Shown here piece by piece: positions 31,434 to 40,521 of a stretch of DNA of 64,000 nt. Every line of letters begins with the position of its first letter. The first letter of the stretch is position 1. This DNA comes from Pyrinomonadaceae bacterium (lineage in GTDB: Bacteria; Acidobacteriota; Blastocatellia; Pyrinomonadales; Pyrinomonadaceae). The translations under genes and the position numbers were made by a program. The DNA lies in contig JBOGOP010000003.1 in NCBI GenBank assembly GCA_050747225.1, forward strand, positions 7,893 to 71,892, read 5' to 3'. The notes under the pieces were generated by a model, which saw only the letters and a list, made by a program, of their open reading frames with translations, ran no database searches and was not told the DNA's origin.

Positions 31434-31513
31434 CGGGGCAGTAGCCCGACTGTTAAGGAGGGTTCTAACGTTTTCAATTCAAGGCCCTCCTTAACAGTCG
31501 GGCTACTGCCCCG
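31434..31513. repeat. Perfect 29-bp inverted repeat (22-nt loop)
   Basis: CGGGGCAGTAGCCCGACTGTTAAGGAGGG (31434-31462) pairs with its exact reverse complement at 31485-31513. It lies in a divergent intergenic region. Confidence 0.95.
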
Positions 31514-31635
31514 ACGATGCAAGCTTATAGGTCGCAGCAAGCCTCGGGATCAAACGCCCTGGAAGCAAACGAGAAAGATCGTCGAGTGTTATGGTAAATT
31601 AAACCTACCTCAAGAAATTTCCGGGGAGAGCCGCT

Positions 31636-32823
31636 TTGACTGATGAGCTTCTGAAATGGCGCAGTGAGTTTCCTATTCTGGACAAGACTGTTTACCTGAT
31701 TTCCCACAGTCTTGGTGCGATGCCCAGGGAGACTTACGCGCGTTTAAACGATTACGCCGAAACCTGGGCAACGCGTGGGGTGCGCGCCTGGGCCGAAGGC
31801 TGGTGGGACATGCCGGTCACGGTCGGCAATGAAGTGGCCGGCATTATTGGCGCTGAGCCCGGCAACATCGTGATGCATCAGAACGTTTCGATCTGCCAGT
31901 CGCTGATTCTTTCCTGTTTCGAGCCCAATCCGAAAAGAAACAAGATAGTCTATTCAGAACTGAATTTCCCTTCGGTCATGTACGTCTATGAGGCGAATGC
32001 GCGCGAAGGCAAACTGAGAATTGAAACGGTCCCGTCTGACGACGGCATCACAATTCCACTCGAACGTTTTCTCGCCGCAATTGACGAGGAGACGTTACTG
32101 GTGCCTTTCTCTCACGTGCTATTCAAGAGTGGTTTCCTGCAAAACGCCAAAGCGATTACCGAGCGCGCGCACGAAGTAGGGGCGCTGGTTGTGCTCGACA
32201 CTTATCAGTCTGCCGGCACGGTTCCCTTCAGCGTGAAGGAACTCGATGTTGATTTCGCCACTGGCGGCTCGGTGAAATGGCTCTGTGGTGGACCGGGAGC
32301 GGGATATCTCTACGTGCGTCCCGATCTGCAGGCGCAACTCCAACCAAAGACGACCGGCTGGATGGCGCATGAGTCGCCTTTTGCTTTCGACACCGAGCTG
32401 CGTTACGCAGCGGGCATCGGGCGGTTTCTCCACGGCTCGCCTGCTATTCCGGCGCTCTATGCCGCGCAGTCGGGTTATCGAATAATTAATGAAATTGGCG
32501 TAGACAACATTCGCGCCAAGAGCACGCGCCAAACGGAGCGCTTGATTGAGCTGGCCGAAGAAGCAGGATTTAGAGTGACGAGTCCAAAGGATGCCGCGCA
32601 ACGAGGCGGGACGATTACCGTCGGCCATGAGGATGCGGCGGCGATCACCAGCGAACTGATTCGGCGTGAGTTTATCGTCGATTATCGCCCCGGCGCCGGC
32701 GTGCGCATCTCACCCCATTTTTATACGAGTGATGAAGAAATCGAACTCGTAGTTCGCGAAATGAAAGAAATTAGAGACACCCGCGCGTATGCTGTTCACG
32801 AAACCGCGGGGGCAGCATTCTGA
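31636..32823 (+). CDS. kynU: Kynureninase
   Basis: TTG start. Class-V aminotransferase-like fold with FPILDKTVYLISHSLGAMP, VLDTYQSAG and GGSVKWLCGGPGAGYL (PLP-lysine region). Confidence 0.85.
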   Translation: MTDELLKWRSEFPILDKTVYLISHSLGAMPRETYARLNDYAETWATRGVRAWAEGWWDMPVTVGNEVAGIIGAEPGNIVMHQNVSICQSLILSCFEPNPKRNKIVYSELNFPSVMYVYEANAREGKLRIETVPSDDGITIPLERFLAAIDEETLLVPFSHVLFKSGFLQNAKAITERAHEVGALVVLDTYQSAGTVPFSVKELDVDFATGGSVKWLCGGPGAGYLYVRPDLQAQLQPKTTGWMAHESPFAFDTELRYAAGIGRFLHGSPAIPALYAAQSGYRIINEIGVDNIRAKSTRQTERLIELAEEAGFRVTSPKDAAQRGGTITVGHEDAAAITSELIRREFIVDYRPGAGVRISPHFYTSDEEIELVVREMKEIRDTRAYAVHETAGAAF

Positions 32824-32835
32824 AAAGAATGGGTT

Positions 32836-32988
32836 TTGTACTTTGTTCTTAGAACTTTGGTTCTCCTGGTCTTTGGACTTTGGTCTTAGTGCTTGACCAT
32901 AGCTATGAAATTGATGCTAAAGTCCGAAGATCAAAGACCTAAGTCCAAAGACCTAAGACCAGCCAAGCTCAAAGCGCCAAGTACCAAG
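32836..32988. repeat. Heptamer-periodic inverted repeat (ACTTTGT + GGTCTTT/GGACTTT units)
   Basis: Left arm about 32836-32893 and right arm about 32920-32988. Confidence 0.8.
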
Positions 32989-32992
32989 ATCA

Positions 32993-34246
32993 ATGACTAA
33001 AAACTACGGCAGCAACGCTCCGCTTTCCTACAATAAATACCTGCGTGTGCCCGACTTGATTGGCCTGCAGGACTGCCTGTCTGATCCGCAACATCACGAC
33101 GAGTTGCTATTCATAACCATCCATCAGGCGTATGAACTTTGGTTCAAACAGATTCTCCATGAAATCGATGCGGCCATCGAATTGATGAATGAAGACCGGC
33201 TGGCGGCCGCCGCGCGCACATTTCGACGCGTAGTTGAAATAGAGAAACTGCTGGTAAACCAGATTCACCTTCTGGAAACCATGACGCCTATCAACTTTCT
33301 CGGGTTTAGAGATCAACTCAATCCGGCCAGCGGCTTTCAGTCAATGCAGTTTCGTGAGATCGAGTTTGTCTCCGGACAAAAACACCAGAGCTTGTTGAAC
33401 GAATTTAGCGAGGATGAATTCGCGCGGTCGCGCATGCAAAAGCGTTTTGAGGCGCCGACGCTGGGAGACGCATTTTATGCCGCATTGCGTAAGCGTGGCC
33501 TGGATGCGCCGGCTAGTGACGATTCCAGCGGCGATCAAGAGCGCCGGAAGCGTTACGGACAACGGACCCAGGCTGTGCTTGAAATTCTCACGCACTTTGA
33601 GGAGCGCTTCGAAGAGTTTCAACTGGCAGAAGCTTTATTGGAACACGATGAGTATTTCGCTCTATGGCGTTCGCATCACATCAAGATGGTTGAGCGCATG
33701 GTCGGCACGAAGCGCGGTACCGGCGGCTCGGAAGGTGTCGGGTACTTGCAGACCACTCTCGACAAAAAGTTTTTCCCTGAACTCTGGGAAGCGCGCACGC
33801 ATCTGGACACAAAACACGGCGAGGCTGGTTGTCCGTTTGCCGGCGAGGGTGTCCGACGCGAGGAGGCTGCACCTGCCGAGCCCGAAAAAATCAAAAAGGC
33901 GCCGCCTAAGCCGGTCATCAAAAGCAAACGAATAGCTACAAACGAACGCAGGCGGGAGCCTCGCGCGAAAGTGAATCTTCGCGCACGTTGGGAAGGCGAC
34001 CTGGGTATGCATGAGGCAGAAGTAACCAGCCTAAGCAAGAGCGGTTGCTTTGTGCTCAGTGGCGGCAAGGTCAAGGCAAAGGAACTGATACGTCTGGAAC
34101 TCATGCTTCCCAATGACGAGTCGATCCATCTTTGGGCTGAGGTAGTTGAGGAGGCAGATGAGATCGGGTTTGCCCTGCAATTCACTTCTTCGGAGGAAGC
34201 GTACCAGGCGCGCCTCGAGCAGTTCCTCCAAAAATGTCTAATCTAG
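32993..34246 (+). CDS. kynA: Tryptophan 2,3-dioxygenase fused to a C-terminal PilZ domain
   Basis: Residues 1 to about 285 carry TDO blocks (YNKYLRVPDL, HDELLFITIHQAYELWFKQ, FRDQLNPASGFQS, SHHIKMVERMVGTKRGTGGS). A Pro/Lys-rich linker follows. Residues from about 318 to 417 form the PilZ domain (RRREPR ... SLSKSG ... IGFALQF). Confidence 0.85.
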   Translation: MTKNYGSNAPLSYNKYLRVPDLIGLQDCLSDPQHHDELLFITIHQAYELWFKQILHEIDAAIELMNEDRLAAAARTFRRVVEIEKLLVNQIHLLETMTPINFLGFRDQLNPASGFQSMQFREIEFVSGQKHQSLLNEFSEDEFARSRMQKRFEAPTLGDAFYAALRKRGLDAPASDDSSGDQERRKRYGQRTQAVLEILTHFEERFEEFQLAEALLEHDEYFALWRSHHIKMVERMVGTKRGTGGSEGVGYLQTTLDKKFFPELWEARTHLDTKHGEAGCPFAGEGVRREEAAPAEPEKIKKAPPKPVIKSKRIATNERRREPRAKVNLRARWEGDLGMHEAEVTSLSKSGCFVLSGGKVKAKELIRLELMLPNDESIHLWAEVVEEADEIGFALQFTSSEEAYQARLEQFLQKCLI

Positions 34247-34369
34247 TCGTTCGGAGTCTTCGATGAACTTTGAGTATGCCAGGCATGACCTCGTTCACTA
34301 ACCGGAGTGCCCAGGGAACAAGAGGCCCGGTATGGAATCTAAAGCGATAGGTTCACAGGAGGAATTGTC

Positions 34370-35452
34370 ATGCAAAAGCGAATTCTGGGCGCGTCAATTG
34401 TGGTTGTTCTGCTGGCCCTGGCGGTTGCTGGACAAAAACTTGAGCCTCCTAAGCTCGAGCCCAAACCCTCCACTGCCAGCCAGAAGCAGATGATCGATGA
34501 GGGCGTTGCCCTCCACGACCGTGGTGATTACGACGCCGCCATCCGTCTTTATGAACAAGTCTTGCGTGAGAATCCCGCCAACGTGGAGGCTCTCTATGAG
34601 ATGGCCTTCACTTACTACCTGAAGCAGGACTGTGTGAAAAGCCTGGAGATGGCCTATAAGGCTGCGCAGTACAAATCCAATCTCCTCGGCGAAGTCTATG
34701 GACAAATTGGCAACTGCCAGGACGATTTGGGCAACCCGAAGGCGGCGGTAGAGACCTACAAAGCGGGCATCAAGCTAATGCCTGCGAGTTTTCTCTTGCA
34801 CTACAACCTTGGCCTCACCTATGCGCGGTTAAGCCAGATCGAGGACGCGCGAATCGAAGTCAAGAAATCGGCTTCGCTAAATCCCAATCACGCCAGTAGC
34901 CACAATCTGATGAGCATAGCTTTCGATAGAGGCGGTTACAAAACACCCGCATTGTTGGCAGCTTGCCGTTTTCTGATTCTTGAACCAAAGTCGAACCGAT
35001 CTGAGACGGCGCTAACCCTGGTGCAAAAGATAATGCAGGCAGGCGCTTCTCAAAAGGACGCCAATACGATCACTGTGCTCATGGATCCGTCCCCGAAAAA
35101 AGATGAGGGCGATTTCGGTTCCATCGAACTGGTCCTGGGCCTACTCAGAGCAGGAAACCTCACCGAGAACAAGAAGGACAAGAGCGAAATGGAGTTGCTG
35201 GTTGATAATTTCGGAACGTTGTTCAGCATCCTTTCTGAGCAGTCAGGGAAATCAGATCGCGCGAAGTTTACCTGGACGTATTACGTGCCTTACTTTGCAG
35301 AGTTGAAGAAACAGGGCCACACCGAGGCTTTTGCTTACTACATCAATCAACGAAGCTCGATCAGCGGGGTCGACAAGTGGCTGGAACAGCATCAAAGCAA
35401 AGTCGCCGACTTTCTCAACTGGTCGAAAGGTTATCAGTGGCCCGGGATCTGA
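34370..35452 (+). CDS. Secreted TPR-repeat protein
   Basis: Signal peptide. Several TPR-like repeats (GDYDAAIRLYEQVLRENPANVEALYEMAFTY and others). Confidence 0.7.
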   Translation: MQKRILGASIVVVLLALAVAGQKLEPPKLEPKPSTASQKQMIDEGVALHDRGDYDAAIRLYEQVLRENPANVEALYEMAFTYYLKQDCVKSLEMAYKAAQYKSNLLGEVYGQIGNCQDDLGNPKAAVETYKAGIKLMPASFLLHYNLGLTYARLSQIEDARIEVKKSASLNPNHASSHNLMSIAFDRGGYKTPALLAACRFLILEPKSNRSETALTLVQKIMQAGASQKDANTITVLMDPSPKKDEGDFGSIELVLGLLRAGNLTENKKDKSEMELLVDNFGTLFSILSEQSGKSDRAKFTWTYYVPYFAELKKQGHTEAFAYYINQRSSISGVDKWLEQHQSKVADFLNWSKGYQWPGI

Positions 35453-35474
35453 TTCTGCCAACCAGCTCGCTGTC

Positions 35475-37082
35475 GTGAACATCACCTTCCCAGATCGCTT
35501 CAACATGGCCGACTACTTCCTCTACCACAACCTGGAGGAAGGGCGCGAAAACAAAGTTTGCCTGTACTTCCAGGATCAAACGTTCACCTATGGCGAGACC
35601 GCGGGAATGTCGAATCGCGTTGGCAACGCGCTGCGCGAATTGGGAGTCGAGATCGAAGACCGCGTACTCATCGTCCTGCCGGACTGTCCTGAGTTTGTCT
35701 GGACCTGGTTTGGTGCTGCTCGGATTGGCGCCGTCATTACGATGGTGAATCCGCTCCTGCCCGCTGAAGATTACAAATACTATCTGGACTACACCCGCGC
35801 GCGCGTCGCCATCGTTCATGAGTCCCTTCTGAGTACTTTCAATGCGGCGGCGGCAAACGCGCATTATCTAAGAGCGGTGCTGGTAGTTGGAGATCACGAA
35901 CACGTTGACGCCGTTGACTTCACCAAAGATTCTTTGGTTTGGAGTTCTTTCGGCGGCGCAGTTCTGACTGCCAGCGACGAGTGTAGCCGCGCCGACACGC
36001 GTCGGGACGACATCGCCATTTGGTTGTTCACTTCGGGTTCGACAGGACATCCGAAGGGCGCCGTGCATCTGCAACACGATTTGCCATTCAACACCGAAGT
36101 CTTTGCAAAACAGACAATGGGTGTGAATGAAAACGATTTGACTGTTTCGGTGCCCAAGCTCTTTTTTGGTTATGCGACGGGAACGAATCTGTTGTTCCCT
36201 TTCGCCGTCGGCGGCGCTACGGCGCTTTTTTCAGAACGCTCAACGCCTGAAAAACTGTTCGACGTGATCGAGCGGTATCGTCCCACCATTCTTACTACCG
36301 TGCCGACGATGATCAACTCGATGCTGAATGCGCCCGACGCCGGCAATCGCAATTTATCGAGCCTGCGCTTCTGCTATTCGGCGGGCGAGGCCTTGCCGCC
36401 GGAGCTTTACGAGCGATGGAAGAAGAGTTTGAGTGTGGAGATTTGCGACGGCATCGGATCGGCAGAGATGTTTCATATTTACATTACAAACCGGCCAGGC
36501 GATGTGAAGCCCGGGAGCCTGGGGAAGATCGTTCCGGGTTATGAAGCGAAGATTGTGGACGCTGCCGGTAATGAAGTTGCGCCGAATGAAATGGGCACAT
36601 TGAGAATCAAAGGCGACTCGGCCGCGCTTTGCTATTGGAACGCTCATGAGAAATCAAAGGAGACTTTTGCCGCCGACTGGTGCACCACCGGAGATCAATT
36701 TCACGTTGACGATGAAGGCTATTATTGGTATCACGGCCGCACGGACGACATGTTGAAGGTGTCAGGCATCTTCGTGGCGCCCGCAGAAATTGAGAACTGC
36801 CTGCTGCAACATGAGGCGGTACTGGAGTGCGCGGTAATCGGGAACGATGCGGGTGACGGTCTCGTCAAACCTAAGGCCTACGTGGTGTTGCGCGAGGAAC
36901 ACAAAGGCAGAGCCCTGAGCGATTCAGATCTGAATTCTCAAGCGAGCCTGATTGCAGAATTGCAGGGATTCGTTAAGTCTCAACTCGCTCCCTACAAGTA
37001 TCCTCGGTGGATCGAATTCGTACCTTCGCTTCCCAAGAACGATCGCGGCAAGATCGATCGCAAACTGCTGAAACGAAGCTAG
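35475..37082 (+). CDS. Benzoate-CoA ligase family enzyme (candidate 2-aminobenzoate/benzoate-CoA ligase)
   Basis: ORF 35331.. trimmed to the GTG at 35475, downstream of the TPR gene stop (alternative ATG at 35505). AMP-binding motif TSGSTGHPKG. The N-terminal INITFPDRFNMADYF resembles benzoate-CoA ligases. Confidence 0.82.
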   Translation: MNITFPDRFNMADYFLYHNLEEGRENKVCLYFQDQTFTYGETAGMSNRVGNALRELGVEIEDRVLIVLPDCPEFVWTWFGAARIGAVITMVNPLLPAEDYKYYLDYTRARVAIVHESLLSTFNAAAANAHYLRAVLVVGDHEHVDAVDFTKDSLVWSSFGGAVLTASDECSRADTRRDDIAIWLFTSGSTGHPKGAVHLQHDLPFNTEVFAKQTMGVNENDLTVSVPKLFFGYATGTNLLFPFAVGGATALFSERSTPEKLFDVIERYRPTILTTVPTMINSMLNAPDAGNRNLSSLRFCYSAGEALPPELYERWKKSLSVEICDGIGSAEMFHIYITNRPGDVKPGSLGKIVPGYEAKIVDAAGNEVAPNEMGTLRIKGDSAALCYWNAHEKSKETFAADWCTTGDQFHVDDEGYYWYHGRTDDMLKVSGIFVAPAEIENCLLQHEAVLECAVIGNDAGDGLVKPKAYVVLREEHKGRALSDSDLNSQASLIAELQGFVKSQLAPYKYPRWIEFVPSLPKNDRGKIDRKLLKRS

Positions 37083-37095
37083 CAATTTTAGCAGT

Positions 37096-37116
37096 GCGGC
37101 GACCTGTCGCCGCTTT
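37096..37116 (+). terminator. Weak candidate terminator hairpin
   Basis: Stem GCGGCGA, loop CCTG, stem TCGCCGC, followed only by TTT. Confidence 0.35.
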
Positions 37117-37295
37117 GGTAGTGGCGGTTTGACGCCACGCCTCTCGATGAAGCGAATTGCCAGTAACCATGGTCGCGACAAGTTGGGGCCGACCAAAGCG
37201 CTGACAGGTCAGCGCACTCCAAAGTAGAACCATTCCACCGTTTGCCGCGTATACTCTCTCCACGTCCAACTGATTCAGATTAGGAGCCACACTTA

Positions 37296-39017
37296 ATGCA
37301 TCCATTTTCTCGTAACGATTTCCGACGCAGCCGATTCTTGCACGCCGTCCTCTCTCTCTTCCTGGCAATAACGCTGCTTTCATCATCGGCCTTCGCATGG
37401 CAACAAGTCGCAGGGTCCGCCGCGGTCGCCACGAAGTCGGTAACGACTTTAACCACCACCGAGAAGAAAGCGGCCGCCCGCGTCAAACTGGAAACCATTC
37501 GTGAGGTCACAACCACACTGAGTTCGCCTGCTTTTGAAGGCCGTGGAACAGGCCAGCCGGGTGCCGACCGCGCCGCTCAGTATTTGGCTGACCGGTTCGC
37601 CAAACTTGGACTCAAACCAGCCGGTGAGAACGGCACATATCTGCAAGCGATCAAATTTAAGTCCGCCCGGGTGTTGGCCGAATCCTCCGTCACGATTGGC
37701 GATGCGGCTCTCAAGCATGGCGAAGACTACGTCATCCTGCCGCCGATGACTTTCGATCAAGCGAATGTTACTGGCGGGCTTGTGTTCGTGGGGTTCGGCG
37801 TTGTTTCACCTGAGTTGAAGCGAGACGATCTTGCGGGCCTTGACCTAAAAGACAAAATCGTAATCCTTCTCGGGGGCCAACCCGATGGAGTTGACGAAGC
37901 CGCGTGGAAGCGCGCCACCAATCCTCAGGCAAGAGCGATGAACGTTTTCGGACGCGGCGCGGTGGCCATGATCGTCGGTAACGCGGGCACGGCTGATCGA
38001 CCTTATTCCCTGATTGCGAGTTATCTTTCGCGCCGGCGCGTCAGTTTGGCATCTCAGGCCGCGCTGCCTTTTAAGATTCCGCCAATCTTGCTCGCGAGCG
38101 ATGCAGCAATAGAGAAAGCCTTCGCTGGTTCTGATACGACTTATGCGCAAACTCTGGTTAAGGCTAAGACGGGTGAAGCGGTCTCCCGCGAACTCGGGAA
38201 GACGGCGACCCTGGCGTTACGCATCAAGCGCGACGAGACCACCAGCAGCAACGTGGTCGGCGTGTTGGAAGGCTCTGACGCGAAACTGAAAGAAGAGGCT
38301 GTAGTTTTCTCGGCCCACTACGACGCGTATGGAATCGAGAGTGACGGTCGCATCTTTCCCGGCGCCGCTGACAACGCCCTTGGCGTGGGAACAATCACCT
38401 CTGTTGCTGAAGCCCTCGTCAAAGCGTTTCCAAAACCAGCAGCGCGGCCCCGTCGCTCAATGATCTTTCTCGCGGTGACGGGCGAAGAGTATGGACTATT
38501 CGGCTCGGAACATTGGGTGGCACATCCGACATGGCCGCTCGAAAAAGTGGCCGCCGATATCAATTTTGACGGCATCGGTACAGAGATTTATGGTCCCGTG
38601 AAACGCGTCGTCGGTTTCGGCGCCGAGCATTCGGACCTGGGCGCAATCTTCGAGGAGGTTGCCGCCGCTACTGGGAACATCGTGACACCCGACCCTTTGC
38701 CGGAAGAGAACGCTTTTGTTCGTTCCGACCATTATGCGTTTGTGAAGAAAGGCGTACCGGCGTTGATGCTGCTTGGCGGTCCGGCTGGAGACGTCGCTAC
38801 CTGGATCCCACGCGCAAAGCAATGGATGGAGGTTGATTACCACTCACCCAGCGATACAGTGAAACCTGACTGGGACTGGACTGGTCCGCAAACGCTGGCA
38901 CAGTTGGGAATGATCATAGGTCTGCGCGTTGCGAATGCCGACGCGATGCCCGCCTGGCGAGCAACGTCACCTTTCAACAAACCGCGGAGTCCACTCAAAG
39001 CTGTGCCGGCGAATTAG
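37296..39017 (+). CDS. Secreted M28-family aminopeptidase with PA domain
   Basis: Signal peptide. Motifs SNVVGVLEGSD, AHYDAYG, GAADNALGVG and GEEYGLFGSEHW. Confidence 0.85.
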   Translation: MHPFSRNDFRRSRFLHAVLSLFLAITLLSSSAFAWQQVAGSAAVATKSVTTLTTTEKKAAARVKLETIREVTTTLSSPAFEGRGTGQPGADRAAQYLADRFAKLGLKPAGENGTYLQAIKFKSARVLAESSVTIGDAALKHGEDYVILPPMTFDQANVTGGLVFVGFGVVSPELKRDDLAGLDLKDKIVILLGGQPDGVDEAAWKRATNPQARAMNVFGRGAVAMIVGNAGTADRPYSLIASYLSRRRVSLASQAALPFKIPPILLASDAAIEKAFAGSDTTYAQTLVKAKTGEAVSRELGKTATLALRIKRDETTSSNVVGVLEGSDAKLKEEAVVFSAHYDAYGIESDGRIFPGAADNALGVGTITSVAEALVKAFPKPAARPRRSMIFLAVTGEEYGLFGSEHWVAHPTWPLEKVAADINFDGIGTEIYGPVKRVVGFGAEHSDLGAIFEEVAAATGNIVTPDPLPEENAFVRSDHYAFVKKGVPALMLLGGPAGDVATWIPRAKQWMEVDYHSPSDTVKPDWDWTGPQTLAQLGMIIGLRVANADAMPAWRATSPFNKPRSPLKAVPAN

Positions 39018-39090
39018 TCAGAGGAGCGAACGTGTGAGATTCGTGCCGCACTTTCTACTTTTTTCATGGCGAACCTGATCTAAACGTCGG

Positions 39091-40521
39091 TCAGCCGTTG
39101 CGGCGTTCGAGGTTGTAGTCGCGGAGGCGGCGATAGAGTGTCGAGGGAGAGATGCCGAGTATCTCGGCGGTCTTGCCGCGGTGCCAGCCGGTTTGTTCGA
39201 GCGCGGAGAGAATTTGCTGACGCTCTACGTCACGAAGTGAAGTGGGCGAAGACACCGGGCCGGGAGCGAACGAACTGGAGCCGGCGTTGAAGTCGAGAGC
39301 GGTACCGGGCTGTGAAGGGGAGCTGATAAATGCTGCAGGAACTGCGGGTCGCACGACCTCAGGCGGCAATTCGGCGACAGTAATGCGACCGTTGTTGGAG
39401 AGTATCACCGCGCGCTCGATGCAGTTTTTTAACTGGCGCACATTCCCCGGCCAACTATAGGCACGCAACGCTTCGAGCGCCGCCGGGTCAAGCTCCGGTG
39501 AAGGCGTCCCACCCACATCCGCTAGCAGATGTCGAGCCAGTGGTTCGATGTCTTCCGGTCTATCACGCAAGGGCGCGAGATCAATCTGAAAACCATTGAT
39601 ACGATATAAAAGATCGGAACGAAACGATTCGTTAGCCACAACTGAATCCAAATTACGATTCGTTGCGGCAACGATGCGCACGTTGACTTCCACTTTGCGT
39701 ACCCCACCGACGCGGAAGAACGTTCTGGTCTCAATCGCCCGCAGGAGTTTTGCCTGCAACTGGGCCGGCAATTCCGTAACTTCGTCGAGAAACAACGTGC
39801 CGCCGTCGGCGAGTTCTATCAGTCCGAGTTTGCGTCCTTTTGCGCCTGAAAACGCGCCCGCCTCGTAACCAAATAATTCCGACTCAAGCAGCGATTCCTG
39901 AAACGCTGCGCAATTGATGTCAATAAAAGAGCCATCGGCGCGAGGCGACAGGCGATGAATCGCATGGGCGACCAGTTCCTTGCCGGTACCTGACTCGCCG
40001 GTTATCAAAACCGAAGCTTCAGAAGGAGCAACGCGCTCCACCAGCCGGATAGCTTCCGTCATCGCGGCTGATACGGAAACGATCTCAGGCAAACCAGACT
40101 GCCGCGCCAGTTGTTCGCGCAGGCGCAGATTGTCTACGCGCAGTCGCCGCTTCTCAGCGGCCTGTTTCACGCGCACGTCCAGTTCGGTGATGCTGTAGGG
40201 CTTGGTGAGATAATCGTAGGCGCCAAGCTTCATGGCTTCGACCGCAGTCTCGACCGTTGCCTGTCCAGTCAACATAATCACTTCCGGCGGGTTTGGGCGC
40301 TGATGAACGCGCCGCAGGACTTCCATTCCGTCGATGCGCGGCATGTTGATATCGCAGAGCAAGACATCAACATTACTCTCTTCGAGCTTGCGCAGCGCGG
40401 CTTCTCCATCAGGCGCGGCCTGCACCCGATAGCCCAACCGCTCCAATTCCTTCTGCAACACCAGGCGCAGGTTGGCTTCGTCTTCGGCGATCAGAATTCG
40501 TGCTGTTTTTTGTTCGCTCAA
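39091..40521 (-). CDS. Sigma-54-dependent (NtrC-family) response regulator
   Basis: REC domain (ILIAEDE...DINMP), AAA+ domain (GESGTGKE, GAFSGA), and a Fis-type HTH. The TTG start overlaps the kinase TGA stop as TTGA at 40518-40521. Confidence 0.88.
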   Translation of the reverse strand: MSEQKTARILIAEDEANLRLVLQKELERLGYRVQAAPDGEAALRKLEESNVDVLLCDINMPRIDGMEVLRRVHQRPNPPEVIMLTGQATVETAVEAMKLGAYDYLTKPYSITELDVRVKQAAEKRRLRVDNLRLREQLARQSGLPEIVSVSAAMTEAIRLVERVAPSEASVLITGESGTGKELVAHAIHRLSPRADGSFIDINCAAFQESLLESELFGYEAGAFSGAKGRKLGLIELADGGTLFLDEVTELPAQLQAKLLRAIETRTFFRVGGVRKVEVNVRIVAATNRNLDSVVANESFRSDLLYRINGFQIDLAPLRDRPEDIEPLARHLLADVGGTPSPELDPAALEALRAYSWPGNVRQLKNCIERAVILSNNGRITVAELPPEVVRPAVPAAFISSPSQPGTALDFNAGSSSFAPGPVSSPTSLRDVERQQILSALEQTGWHRGKTAEILGISPSTLYRRLRDYNLERRNG

